Shown: piece by piece, positions 19,274-28,507 of the stretch
How the letters are laid out: each line of letters begins with the position of its first letter
Position numbering within the stretch: the first letter of the stretch is position 1
Assembly: GCA_963663385.2 (NCBI GenBank)
Contig: CAXXXD010000002.1
Span: 416,001 to 480,000, forward strand
Source: Oceanispirochaeta sp.
GTDB taxonomy: Bacteria > Spirochaetota > Spirochaetia > DSM-2461
Direction of reading: 5' to 3'
Length of the DNA: 64,000 bases
Translations under genes and position numbers: made by a program
The notes under the pieces: model-generated
Seen by the model: the letters and a program-made list of their open reading frames with translations, nothing else
Told to the model about the DNA's origin: nothing
Databases searched by the model: none

Positions 19274-19469
19274 GACTATATGTCAATAGTAATATATAAA
19301 AATTTAATGATATATTTTTAAAGAATGTTCTTCCCGGTGCATCCGGAGGCTTCCGGCACTGCTCTCCCTAATGGAAAAAGTTTTTTCGATTTTAGTTGAT
19401 TCTATGTGTAGAAACATTTACAATGTTCAGATATAAAGATAAGTAAACCACCATATAAAGGAAAACGAC

Positions 19470-20675
19470 ATGGGATATTTTAAAAGCAATCCGGACGACA
19501 AAGGGAACTTCGGCGAATACGGCGGGGCCTTCATTCCTCCTCAGCTGCAGGTGGAAATGGACAAGATTACGGATGCCTACTTTTCCATCAGTAAGTCTCA
19601 TGACTTTATTACAGAACTGAGATCAATCAGAAAACACTTTCAGGGCAGACCGACTCCTGTTTACTATGCCAAAACCCTGAGTGAAAAATACGGAGGCCGA
19701 ATCTATCTTAAAAGGGAAGACTTGAATCATACGGGAGCACACAAGCTCAACCACTGTATGGGAGAAGCCCTTCTGGCCAAATACCTGGGAAAGAAAAAAC
19801 TGATTGCCGAAACCGGTGCGGGGCAGCATGGTGTAGCCCTGGCGACAGCTGCCGCCTACTTCGGTCTGGAATGTGAAATTCATATGGGTGAAGTGGATAT
19901 CGCCAAGGAGCATCCCAATGTTGTGCGTATGAAAATTCTGGGAGCGGAAGTTGTTCCCGTTTCCCATGGTCTTAAAACCCTGAAAGAGGCTGTGGATTCC
20001 GCTTTTGAGGCCTACCTGAAGGATCCTGTCAATACAATTTACTGTATCGGTTCTGTTGTAGGACCCCATCCCTTTCCCATGATGGTTCGGGATTTTCAGA
20101 GGGTCGTCGGTGTGGAAGCCAGGGAACAGTACTTTGATATGACCGGGGAACAGCCCGACAATGTGGTTGCCTGTGTGGGCGGCGGTTCCAATGCCATGGG
20201 TATCTTCTCTGCCTTTATTGAGGATCAGGACTGTGAAATATACGGCGTAGAACCCTCCGGGAAATCCCTGAATCTGGGAGAACATGCCGCTACCATGACC
20301 ATGGGGGTGCCCGGTATGATTCACGGATTCAAATGCTACAACCTGCAGGACGAGAATGGCGAACCTGCTCCGGTCTATTCCATCGCCAGCGGTCTTGACT
20401 ACCCCGGCGTCGGTCCCGAACACTCCATGCTGAAGGATCTGGGACGGGTCAACTATGTGACAGCCAGTGACAGGGACTGCCTGGACTCCTTTTTTGAACT
20501 CAGTAGACTGGAGGGGATCATTCCCGCTCTGGAGAGCGCCCATGCGGTGGCCTTTGCCTGTAAACTGGCGCAGGAAAAGCCAAGACAGTCCATTCTTGTG
20601 AATCTGAGCGGCAGAGGGGACAAGGATATTGATTTTGTTGTGGAGAATTACGGGAAGGAATACGGGATCGTCTGA
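19470..20675 (+). CDS. trpB: Tryptophan synthase beta chain (stand-alone)
   Basis: [13 protein letters not shown] (PLP Lys), [48 protein letters not shown]. Confidence 0.95.
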   Translation: MGYFKSNPDDKGNFGEYGGAFIPPQLQVEMDKITDAYFSISKSHDFITELRSIRKHFQGRPTPVYYAKTLSEKYGGRIYLKREDLNHTGAHKLNHCMGEALLAKYLGKKKLIAETGAGQHGVALATAAAYFGLECEIHMGEVDIAKEHPNVVRMKILGAEVVPVSHGLKTLKEAVDSAFEAYLKDPVNTIYCIGSVVGPHPFPMMVRDFQRVVGVEAREQYFDMTGEQPDNVVACVGGGSNAMGIFSAFIEDQDCEIYGVEPSGKSLNLGEHAATMTMGVPGMIHGFKCYNLQDENGEPAPVYSIASGLDYPGVGPEHSMLKDLGRVNYVTASDRDCLDSFFELSRLEGIIPALESAHAVAFACKLAQEKPRQSILVNLSGRGDKDIDFVVENYGKEYGIV

Positions 20676-20695
20676 TCCATAGGATTTTCCATTTT

Positions 20696-20740
20696 AAAAG
20701 GGACTGTTGCAAAAGTAATTTTTGTAACAGTCCCTTTTTT
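20696..20740. terminator. Bidirectional terminator, long hairpin
   Basis: AAAAGGGACTGTTGCAAAA-GTAAT-TTTTGTAACAGTCCCTTTT between the convergent trpB and lipoprotein genes. Confidence 0.8.
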
Positions 20741-20770
20741 GGTTTATTCAATAAATAAATTATTCCTGAG

Positions 20771-21271
20771 CTATCTGGTTACGACTTCCGTATCCGGGAT
20801 ACGGAGATGTTTGGAGGAAACACTTAAGCCTCCTGCGATTACCTTCCCTTTATACAGATCTGAAGTATTTGTAATGTATACAGCTTCCCAAGTCGTATCA
20901 ATAAGTGTCTGTTTGTCTGGATCTTCAAATCCTGAGCCCTGAACCAGAACAACTTCTCCAACAGTCAGTTCACTCTCTGCTGCAGGGTGGGAAGTAAATA
21001 CTTTGGCCCAGACCTTATCGTTATTGCTGGCAATGATGACCTCTGCTTCCCCTTTGGAAGCATCCGAAGCCGGTTTGATGATTGTCGCTGCTTTATATCG
21101 GCCCGTGCTGCCTTCCTGATAGGCCATTACATAACCATCCAGCGGATCGCTGCTGACTTTTTTGGGGGCGGATGACGAGGCAGTCGGAACTTTAACCATC
21201 TCTTCCAGCATACTGGCACATCCTGAAAGAAGCAGCATGCCCAGAATAAGTACTATAACCGTTTTTTTCAT
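20771..21271 (-). CDS. Hypothetical lipoprotein
   Basis: MKK, hydrophobic stretch, LLLSGC lipobox; RBS AAGGAG; no family recognised. Confidence 0.75.
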   Translation of the reverse strand: MKKTVIVLILGMLLLSGCASMLEEMVKVPTASSSAPKKVSSDPLDGYVMAYQEGSTGRYKAATIIKPASDASKGEAEVIIASNNDKVWAKVFTSHPAAESELTVGEVVLVQGSGFEDPDKQTLIDTTWEAVYITNTSDLYKGKVIAGGLSVSSKHLRIPDTEVVTR

Positions 21272-21376
21272 TGTATTATTCTCCTTGAAATGTAGTAGTT
21301 TCTTAAAAAGAAGAATAATGATTCTCTAATACTCTGTAAATTTACAAAAATATACATTATTAACAGAACAATAGAA

Positions 21377-23494
21377 TCAGGAAATTTCCTGCCGGAAACG
21401 GCCGGGTGGCACTCCCTCTATTTTTTTAAATACCCTGATAAAGGATATTGTACTGTTAAAACCGGATTCTCTGGCTACCTCCTTGATCTGCCGGCCCTGT
21501 TTCAATAATTCATAGGCTTTCTCCATCCGGATATCCGAGATCTTCCGGTTGATGGAGTGCCCGTTCTGCTCCAGATAGAACCGGGAGATATACTGCTGAT
21601 TCATGTTGAATCTATCGGCAATCATGGTAAGACAAATGGACGGGTTCAGGGCATTCTCTTCGAGGTATAAATTCAGTTTCCTGTTCAGTTCCAGGTTATG
21701 GCTGTTTTTCCGGTTTTCAAAGGATGAGCAGGCAGTCGAAAGAGCTGTTTTCAGTATTCTGGTTTTTTCAGACAGGGATTCGTGGCGGCTGTAATCTTCC
21801 ATGACTGTGAGAATCTCCGTGGATTCTATTTCATCCGGAGGGAAATTATTCATTAAGGGTTTTATGATTGTTGTCAAAAGGGTCGAAAGAAAAAGATCCA
21901 GAACCGGCCCGGATAAGCCCGTATCTACAACATTTTCCTGAAGTAGATCCTCTACAATCCTGAATGCCCTTTTTTCATCACCGCTTCTGATAGCAGAAAG
22001 GAGATTGTCTTCCTGTGTATAAGGAAAGGAGAAAATGGCAGGATTTGCCTGTTGTTCCTCAAGATCGATCACTCTGTTCTCTGTCTTTTCAGGAATGTAG
22101 TACTGGTAGCGCAGGCATTCTCTGAACATCCGCGGCAGTTCTGCTGTATCAGACACTGTTTTTCCCAGAATCAGTGTAACCGGAAAATCCCATCTTTCCT
22201 TTAATCGGATCAGCTTGCTTCTGAGGGCCGTTTTATTCTCCTTTGTCGATACGGCAAGGCCGCAGACCGTTCCCGCCTGTCCTGTGACGGCCCTGACAGA
22301 ACTAAAGGATTTAAGATCTTTATAGATTCTGATTTTCCCTGCAAGATTCGGGTCCCCCGGCCCTGATGTTTCCGTTTCATAAATAAAAGGATAATACTGG
22401 CCGTCCTTTACCGCTCCGGGTACCAGCTCCTGCATCTGACGGGCATCTATTTCTGTTTCCCCTCTAAAAAAGGAGCTGAGCATATGTTCCCGAATCTCTT
22501 CCCGATACGAGGCCAGTGTCCGATTCATAAGGTGGATGGCTGAACCAAGACGGTCGAATTCATTCTCCTCCCGGGAGGGCTCAATCGAAAGGGCTTTGAG
22601 AAGCCTGCCGACAGGCCGGTACTGCTTTCTGGTAAAGTAACGGGTCAGGAGAGTATGCATCAGCAGCATCAGCAGAAGGGTTAGAACCGCAGCTTTCCGT
22701 ATTCTGTTTATCGGTGAGTAGTAAATCCTGTAGGGAGTGGTTATTTCAATCAGCCAGCCCGTCGATTCGATAATCTGGGATTGAGTAATCCATCTGCCCC
22801 GATCCCTGAATGGGCTTTCGGACCGAATCAGGCATTCTCCTGCCGGGGTATAGATAGTCAGACGGCTCGATTCGGATATGGAATCTATATACTCCTGTAT
22901 CCTTTCCCTATCGAGGTGGAACATCAGTAAATCTCCCGGAAAAGGGTAGCGGACACAGCTGCTGCAGGAATACAGGAGTATGGTATGCGGATGTTGAGAC
23001 GTGCCTTCCCGGGGCAGGTAGAGAACCGGAGAGGACAAGTCCGTGTTTTCAAGATCCAGAGAGGATGTCAGATGATAGGTTTCTGCCATCAGGGCGGAGT
23101 AATCTTCCTGCCGGTTCAACCCTTCGGTTGATATAACTCTCCCGTATCTCTTTTGATAGAATGCCATGGATTTTACCCAGGTACTCATATTGAGATAGTG
23201 TTTGAAGTCCGTGACCAGATACCGTATATCGCCCGGAGATTCACTATCTTTCATTAGGCGGTGGTCCCTGGATATGCGGTAACCTATCTCCTCTAACCAA
23301 TCAATCTCTCTGCTAATCCTGTCCCGGATTGTGTCCATTCGCATGGTATTGTGATGCCGAATCTGGCTCCCGGTAACCATGTCCATATAGGCGTAGAAAG
23401 CAAGAATGAACACGAGAAGTCCCGCTAACATAGATATATAGGATTTTTTCCAGTTGATGCGGATTGAATCGGATGATTGAGGGAACAGTTTCAC
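21377..23494 (-). CDS. Membrane-anchored AraC family regulator with extracytoplasmic sensor domain (YesS-like)
   Basis: Two TM segments flanking a ~230 aa loop, and C-terminal IKEVARESGFNSTISFIRVFKKIEGVPPGRFR. GTG start overlaps the upstream stop. Confidence 0.85.
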   Translation of the reverse strand: MKLFPQSSDSIRINWKKSYISMLAGLLVFILAFYAYMDMVTGSQIRHHNTMRMDTIRDRISREIDWLEEIGYRISRDHRLMKDSESPGDIRYLVTDFKHYLNMSTWVKSMAFYQKRYGRVISTEGLNRQEDYSALMAETYHLTSSLDLENTDLSSPVLYLPREGTSQHPHTILLYSCSSCVRYPFPGDLLMFHLDRERIQEYIDSISESSRLTIYTPAGECLIRSESPFRDRGRWITQSQIIESTGWLIEITTPYRIYYSPINRIRKAAVLTLLLMLLMHTLLTRYFTRKQYRPVGRLLKALSIEPSREENEFDRLGSAIHLMNRTLASYREEIREHMLSSFFRGETEIDARQMQELVPGAVKDGQYYPFIYETETSGPGDPNLAGKIRIYKDLKSFSSVRAVTGQAGTVCGLAVSTKENKTALRSKLIRLKERWDFPVTLILGKTVSDTAELPRMFRECLRYQYYIPEKTENRVIDLEEQQANPAIFSFPYTQEDNLLSAIRSGDEKRAFRIVEDLLQENVVDTGLSGPVLDLFLSTLLTTIIKPLMNNFPPDEIESTEILTVMEDYSRHESLSEKTRILKTALSTACSSFENRKNSHNLELNRKLNLYLEENALNPSICLTMIADRFNMNQQYISRFYLEQNGHSINRKISDIRMEKAYELLKQGRQIKEVARESGFNSTISFIRVFKKIEGVPPGRFRQEIS

Positions 23495-24912
23495 TTTCCG
23501 TCTCCATCCTGTCTACTCATTGATGCCTGGTAAATATCAACAGCCTCCGGCAAACCTGCTTTCAGCAATTCGCTTTGAAAACGGTTGAAATCTTCCATGG
23601 GTCTTTCTCCTGTAATGAGCTCTATTATATAGCTGTCCGAGAGATTTTCTACTTTGTTCATTATAGCGGCCAGCTTTCTGCTTTCATCCGGCGGGATAGC
23701 CACAGGGTTTAACAAATGGTTTTCAGTTGCCGTATTACCCCATATTTCTACTGCCTTTTTCTGGTAGATATGGGGAATCTGCTGATCGAACCGGGCTTCC
23801 TCCTGGACGAAAGGACCGCTGATATACTCAGCCGTACTGTTATGAAGATAATGCCCTTCGGATGAATAGGCATAATCCAGGAATCTGACGGAATCCTTTT
23901 TATGGAGCGACTTTTCTGTGAGGTAGGCCGAGGAATGGTATATTACGGGTTCGGCCAGATACCCGAATTCCACCCTTTCCCCCGGGATTAATGAGGGGTA
24001 GGGCACAGCCTGAAACTCCGTTTCCGGATTTTTGTCTTTGAGAGAATTTCCATACCGTTCCATGGATGTGACGTAATCGACAAAACAGGCGATTGTTTCT
24101 TTTCCTGCTTTTTTTTCATATGTCCGGCGGTTGTTATACGTAAAGTCTGGGTCGATTAATCCTTCAGAATACCATCTTCTGAAGAGCCTGATAAAATCTT
24201 CGAGTTCCGGACGGAGAAGGCCGTGATAAACAATCCCGTCGGTCTGAAAGAAACCCCAACTGATACCGAAAGCCCCCAGAAAGGCATTGGTTTCCTTTAT
24301 CTTTCCTCCGTAAAAAGAAAGGGGTGTATCAATGCGGGGATCTTTTCTGAAATCTATCAGCATGACCTCCCAGTCTTGAAGGGTCTCAGGAGTAGGCAGC
24401 CCTGCTATTTCCAGCAGGTCTTTACGAATATAGGGCCCTATATAGCTGCGCATGCGCTTTTTCGGGATATAGGCGGGAAAGCAGAACAGGCTGCCGTCTG
24501 TCGTCTGGATATATTCCCTAAGTCCGGTTTCCCTATCAATCAGATTGGTCAGATTGGGCAGCTGCTCCGGGAGGAAAGGATTCAGGGGGGTAATCACACC
24601 GTCAGTAAGTGCCTTTTCTATCCCTCCCGGATAGTTTCGTACAAAGTCATGGGAAATTATATCCGGGAGCGAATCGGAAGCCAGCAGCCTGACAAGCCGT
24701 TCATTGTGCTGTCCCTCGGGTGGGTGGATAAAACGTATATCCAGATTCAGACGTTCCTCCAGTTCCTGATACAGAGGCAGATCGGACATATTCCGGGCAT
24801 ATTTTCTGCCGCGGTTGCTTGTCCACCAGCTGATGCTGGTTCTTTCTTCTTTTTCAGCCGTACAGGAGAACAGAAAAGAAAGAATGAGGCATAAATGGAA
24901 AAAACGGGCCAT
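23491..24912 (-). CDS. Family-1 extracellular solute-binding lipoprotein (LplA-like)
   Basis: Start MARFF at 24912, lipobox LFSC, LASDSLPDII, IRKDLLEIAGLPTPETLQDW, WYSEGLIDPD. Confidence 0.85.
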   Translation of the reverse strand: MARFFHLCLILSFLFSCTAEKEERTSISWWTSNRGRKYARNMSDLPLYQELEERLNLDIRFIHPPEGQHNERLVRLLASDSLPDIISHDFVRNYPGGIEKALTDGVITPLNPFLPEQLPNLTNLIDRETGLREYIQTTDGSLFCFPAYIPKKRMRSYIGPYIRKDLLEIAGLPTPETLQDWEVMLIDFRKDPRIDTPLSFYGGKIKETNAFLGAFGISWGFFQTDGIVYHGLLRPELEDFIRLFRRWYSEGLIDPDFTYNNRRTYEKKAGKETIACFVDYVTSMERYGNSLKDKNPETEFQAVPYPSLIPGERVEFGYLAEPVIYHSSAYLTEKSLHKKDSVRFLDYAYSSEGHYLHNSTAEYISGPFVQEEARFDQQIPHIYQKKAVEIWGNTATENHLLNPVAIPPDESRKLAAIMNKVENLSDSYIIELITGERPMEDFNRFQSELLKAGLPEAVDIYQASMSRQDGDGK

Positions 24913-25034
24913 ACTTTTATTGTACCCGAATCCTCTCCCGGAAAGAAGAATATCTTTTATGAAATTCACAACCCGGCCTGATTATTTGATTATGGAAACC
25001 CTATGATTTATCCTCTAAATAGGAGCATCAAATC

Positions 25035-26402
25035 ATGGAAGACAAGTTGGACTGTACAGAACAGCTGAGACAGGCAAAAATTGAACTCCAGCTGGAAAAA
25101 GAACGTTCCGATCAGCTGGAAAAACTTCTCAACCATGATCCGGATACAGGGCTGAAGCAGAGGCATATCCTGGTGCGCCGGATAAACAGGCTGATAATGG
25201 AAAACAGGAGCCGGTTTGCTTTCGGCATTCTGAGGCTCGATAAACATTACCAGAGAATCAGGCATACCAGAGACAGAATGAAAGTTCTGCTCTATATCTC
25301 CTCGGAAAGGTTGAAACCCATAACGGGAGAAAATAACCTCTATCAGTCAGACCGTTCCGATGAGTTCCTTTTCATTATCCCCGATTATAAAGACAGGAAA
25401 GATGTAGAAAACCAGATAGAAGAGATGATCATTAAAATAAAGGAACCCCATAATCCTCCGGCATCGGATATAAGTTTCGGGTGCAACGTAGGGGTCGCTC
25501 TCTTCCCCGACCATGCGAACAATCTGGAGGAACTGGAAGTCAATGCTGAAATTGCTCTTGGGATTTTTAAAGAAAAAAACTGGAAAGGTTCCCTCTACTC
25601 CCCTGAGATCGGCAGGCACTATCATGAGAATCAGTCTCTGGAATCCCTGCTCAGAGCATGTATCCTCAACAACTTCGAGGGATTTCATATCGCGTATCAA
25701 CCTATAGTAAATAGGAATAAACAGCTTATATCCTGCGAAGCACTCCTCCGCTGGGACGCTCCGGAGGTCGGTGTTGTATCACCGGCACGGTTCATCCCGC
25801 TGGCTGAAGAGAGCGGTTTAATTATCTATTTGGGAAAATGGGTACTGTACAATGCCCTGAGACAGATGAAGAAATGGCTTGAAGGCAAAATGAAAAACCT
25901 GCAGGTTTCGGTTAATCTCTCCACTCTGCAGCTGGAACAGGACGATTTTATAGAAACCGTGTCCAACGCTCTGAAATCCCTTGAACTGCCGGGAGAAGCG
26001 GTTCACCTGGAAATTACGGAAAGCGCTGTAATGGCCAATCCTGAATTGGCGAAAAACAGACTGGCTGCTCTGCAGGATCTGGGGATTGAGATAATGCTGG
26101 ATGACTTTGGTACGGGATATTCCAGTTTAAGCGCCTTAAACCAGTTTCCCATCAATACATTGAAAATCCCCAAGGAATTTGTCGATGTCCTTCCCGAAGA
26201 TCCCCACGGACTGGAGATGGTTCGGGCGATACTGGGAATTGCCAAGACGTTCGGTTTCACGACTCTGGCAGAGGGGATTGAGCAACAGGAGCAGTTTGAC
26301 TGTCTGATCGGAGAAGGCTGCCAGCTCATACAGGGGTATATTACAAGTCCTCCCGTAGGAGCCTCGGAGTTTGAAGAGCGCTTTTTAAGTGGTTCGGTAT
26401 AA
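25035..26402 (+). CDS. c-di-GMP phosphodiesterase: degenerate GGDEF plus intact EAL domain
   Basis: HDPDTGL, RSDEF in place of GGDEF; YQPIV, CEALLRW, LEITES, DDFGTGYSS, AEGIE, QGY. Confidence 0.9.
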   Translation: MEDKLDCTEQLRQAKIELQLEKERSDQLEKLLNHDPDTGLKQRHILVRRINRLIMENRSRFAFGILRLDKHYQRIRHTRDRMKVLLYISSERLKPITGENNLYQSDRSDEFLFIIPDYKDRKDVENQIEEMIIKIKEPHNPPASDISFGCNVGVALFPDHANNLEELEVNAEIALGIFKEKNWKGSLYSPEIGRHYHENQSLESLLRACILNNFEGFHIAYQPIVNRNKQLISCEALLRWDAPEVGVVSPARFIPLAEESGLIIYLGKWVLYNALRQMKKWLEGKMKNLQVSVNLSTLQLEQDDFIETVSNALKSLELPGEAVHLEITESAVMANPELAKNRLAALQDLGIEIMLDDFGTGYSSLSALNQFPINTLKIPKEFVDVLPEDPHGLEMVRAILGIAKTFGFTTLAEGIEQQEQFDCLIGEGCQLIQGYITSPPVGASEFEERFLSGSV

Positions 26403-26407
26403 CCGGA

Positions 26408-27784
26408 TTACAGAATTTTTTTTATCAAACTGAAATATTTAAACGGCGCATACTTGAAAGGCATATCAAGCCATGTGGGAGTCGTTACGATTGCCCGTCT
26501 GTTGCTGAAGGCATGAAAGCTATCTTTCCCGTGGTATTTCCCCATGCCGCTGTTTCCCACTCCCCCGAAGGGCAGGTGATGATTGGTTATATGCATAAGC
26601 GTATCGTTTATACAGCCCCCGCCGGAGGGAATCTCCTGTAAAAGCTTTTTGGCTTTTTTCCCGGGACCGAAATAGTAGAAGGCCAGAGGTTTTTCATGAC
26701 TGTTGACGTATTGAACGACATCATCCGTATCTGTAAATGTCATAACGGGCAGAAGGGGGCCGAAAATCTCCTCCTGCATAACAGGAAAATCCGGTTCCAC
26801 CTCATCAATAATGGTGGGCGCAATAAAGCGTTCATCAGGATCAACCTCGCCGCCTGTGTGAATTCTGCCGTGCTGCATCAGACGCTGCAAACGTTCCATC
26901 GCAAGGTTATTCACAATCCGGGGATAGTAGGGACTTTTCCTGATGTTCCGGCCGTGCATTTCTTTAATGGACTCTGCTATCCTGTTCAGCAGTCTGTCTT
27001 TGATTGATTCATGAACAAAAAGGTAATCCGGAGCGATACAGGTCTGTCCGGCATTGATTGTCTTGCCCCAGGCGATCCGTTTTGCCGCCACCTTAAGGTC
27101 AGCCTCTTTATCTACGATACAGGGGCTCTTACCCCCCAGCTCCAGGATGACGGGAGTCAGATTTTCGGCGGCCGCCTCCATTACAATCTTTCCGACAAAG
27201 GGGCTTCCCGTATAGAAAATCAGATCGAAACGTGTATGAAAAAGGTGCTGATTCACATCCCGCCCGCCCTGAAACAGGGTTATGTGACGGGGATTGAAGG
27301 CTTCGGTAATCATCGTTTCCATAATTTCTGCGATGTGCGGGGTATAGGGAGACGGCTTGAGAACAGCACAGCAGCCGGCCGAAATTGCTCCGACAAGGGG
27401 ATTCATTAACAGCTGAAACGGGTAGTTCCAGGGGGCGGCGATCAGTACTACTCCAAGGGGTTCCGGCTGTATATAGCCTTTTGACGGGAGCAGATGCAGA
27501 GGAGTCGGGACCTTTTCCGGTTTCATCCACTTTTTCAGGTGTCTGATATGATTATCTATCTCCTGGGTTACTATGCTGATTTCCGTCAGCCAGGCTTCTT
27601 CCGCAGATTTGTGAAGATCTTTCCACAGAGCATCCTGAATCTGTTTCTCGTATTTATTGATAAAGGATTTCAGACGCTTCAGGTGTTCCATTCTGAAGAG
27701 CCGAGTCCTTGTTTCTCCTGTTCGGAAAAACTCCCGTTGTTCCTGTACCGTTTCCTGTATAAGTGCCTTGCTTATTGTTTCCAT
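26408..27784 (-). CDS. Aldehyde dehydrogenase (ALDH3-like)
   Basis: APWNYP, FYTGS, LELGGKSP, NAGQTCIAPDY, EEIFGP, PFGGVGNSGMG. Confidence 0.95.
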   Translation of the reverse strand: METISKALIQETVQEQREFFRTGETRTRLFRMEHLKRLKSFINKYEKQIQDALWKDLHKSAEEAWLTEISIVTQEIDNHIRHLKKWMKPEKVPTPLHLLPSKGYIQPEPLGVVLIAAPWNYPFQLLMNPLVGAISAGCCAVLKPSPYTPHIAEIMETMITEAFNPRHITLFQGGRDVNQHLFHTRFDLIFYTGSPFVGKIVMEAAAENLTPVILELGGKSPCIVDKEADLKVAAKRIAWGKTINAGQTCIAPDYLFVHESIKDRLLNRIAESIKEMHGRNIRKSPYYPRIVNNLAMERLQRLMQHGRIHTGGEVDPDERFIAPTIIDEVEPDFPVMQEEIFGPLLPVMTFTDTDDVVQYVNSHEKPLAFYYFGPGKKAKKLLQEIPSGGGCINDTLMHITNHHLPFGGVGNSGMGKYHGKDSFHAFSNRRAIVTTPTWLDMPFKYAPFKYFSLIKKIL

Positions 27785-28102
27785 TTAAAACCCCAACATT
27801 TTTTTTCGGTTGGACAGGACCGTCCCTTCTGCACAGGCTGCCAGTTCCAGAACGCAGGGAGCCGTAAGATTGTATTCAACCCTGGTCCCGCTTCTTTTGT
27901 CATTTACCAGTCCGGCTTCTTTCAGCTGAGTCAGGTGTTTGGATGCGGCAGATTTGGGAATCCCCGCTTCCACGGCCAGTTCACAGACACACCAGGGTTT
28001 TTCTCTGAGTTTTTCAAGAAAGTAAATCCTCACGGGATGGGCCAGAGCTTTAAACATATGAGCTCTGCGTTCGCAGCGGTTTCTCTGTTCATCTGTCATC
28101 AT
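27785..28102 (-). CDS. ArsR/SmtB family transcriptional regulator
   Basis: FKALAHPVR, CVCEL, SKHLTQLKEAGLV. The stop abuts the ALDH start (TAA ATG). Confidence 0.9.
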   Translation of the reverse strand: MMTDEQRNRCERRAHMFKALAHPVRIYFLEKLREKPWCVCELAVEAGIPKSAASKHLTQLKEAGLVNDKRSGTRVEYNLTAPCVLELAACAEGTVLSNRKKMLGF

Positions 28103-28110
28103 AATATTAA

Positions 28111-28189
28111 TGTTTCACCATAGGGAAACTTTGTCAATCTTTTATTCTGTGTCTTGACTGAGGTTTTAATGTTTCATAATATAGAAACA
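28111..28189. promoter_or_regulatory. Two GTTTC-N8-GAAAC inverted repeats, candidate ArsR operators
   Basis: GTTTCACCATAGGGAAAC (28112-28129) and TGTTTCATAATATAGAAACA (28170-28189), each next to a TTGAC(A/T) element of the divergent promoters. Confidence 0.65.
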
Positions 28190-28219
28190 AAGAAAAATAG
28201 AAACAGGAAGGTATATCAT

Positions 28220-28459
28220 ATGAATATTCAGATTCTGGGAATGGGTTGTCCCAAATGCAAAACTCTCGAAGCCAATGCCAGGGATGCGGTCAGGGAGATG
28301 AACCTTGATGCGGAAGTGGTGAAAGTAGCGGATATGCAGGAGATAATGAAAATGGGAGTTATGATGACACCGGCTCTTGCCATTGATAACGATGTGAAAA
28401 TAACCGGAAAGCTCCTCTCTAAAGAACAGATTATGGATATTTTAAAGGACGCGGTCTGA
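28220..28459 (+). CDS. Small redox-active disulfide protein (MTH895-type thioredoxin family)
   Basis: MNIQILGMGCPKC, GVMMTPALAID; start at ATG 28220. Confidence 0.9.
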   Translation: MNIQILGMGCPKCKTLEANARDAVREMNLDAEVVKVADMQEIMKMGVMMTPALAIDNDVKITGKLLSKEQIMDILKDAV

Positions 28460-28507
28460 TATATACCTGCTGTTTTTATGAAATCAGTAATCCGATTATC
28501 CGATCTT

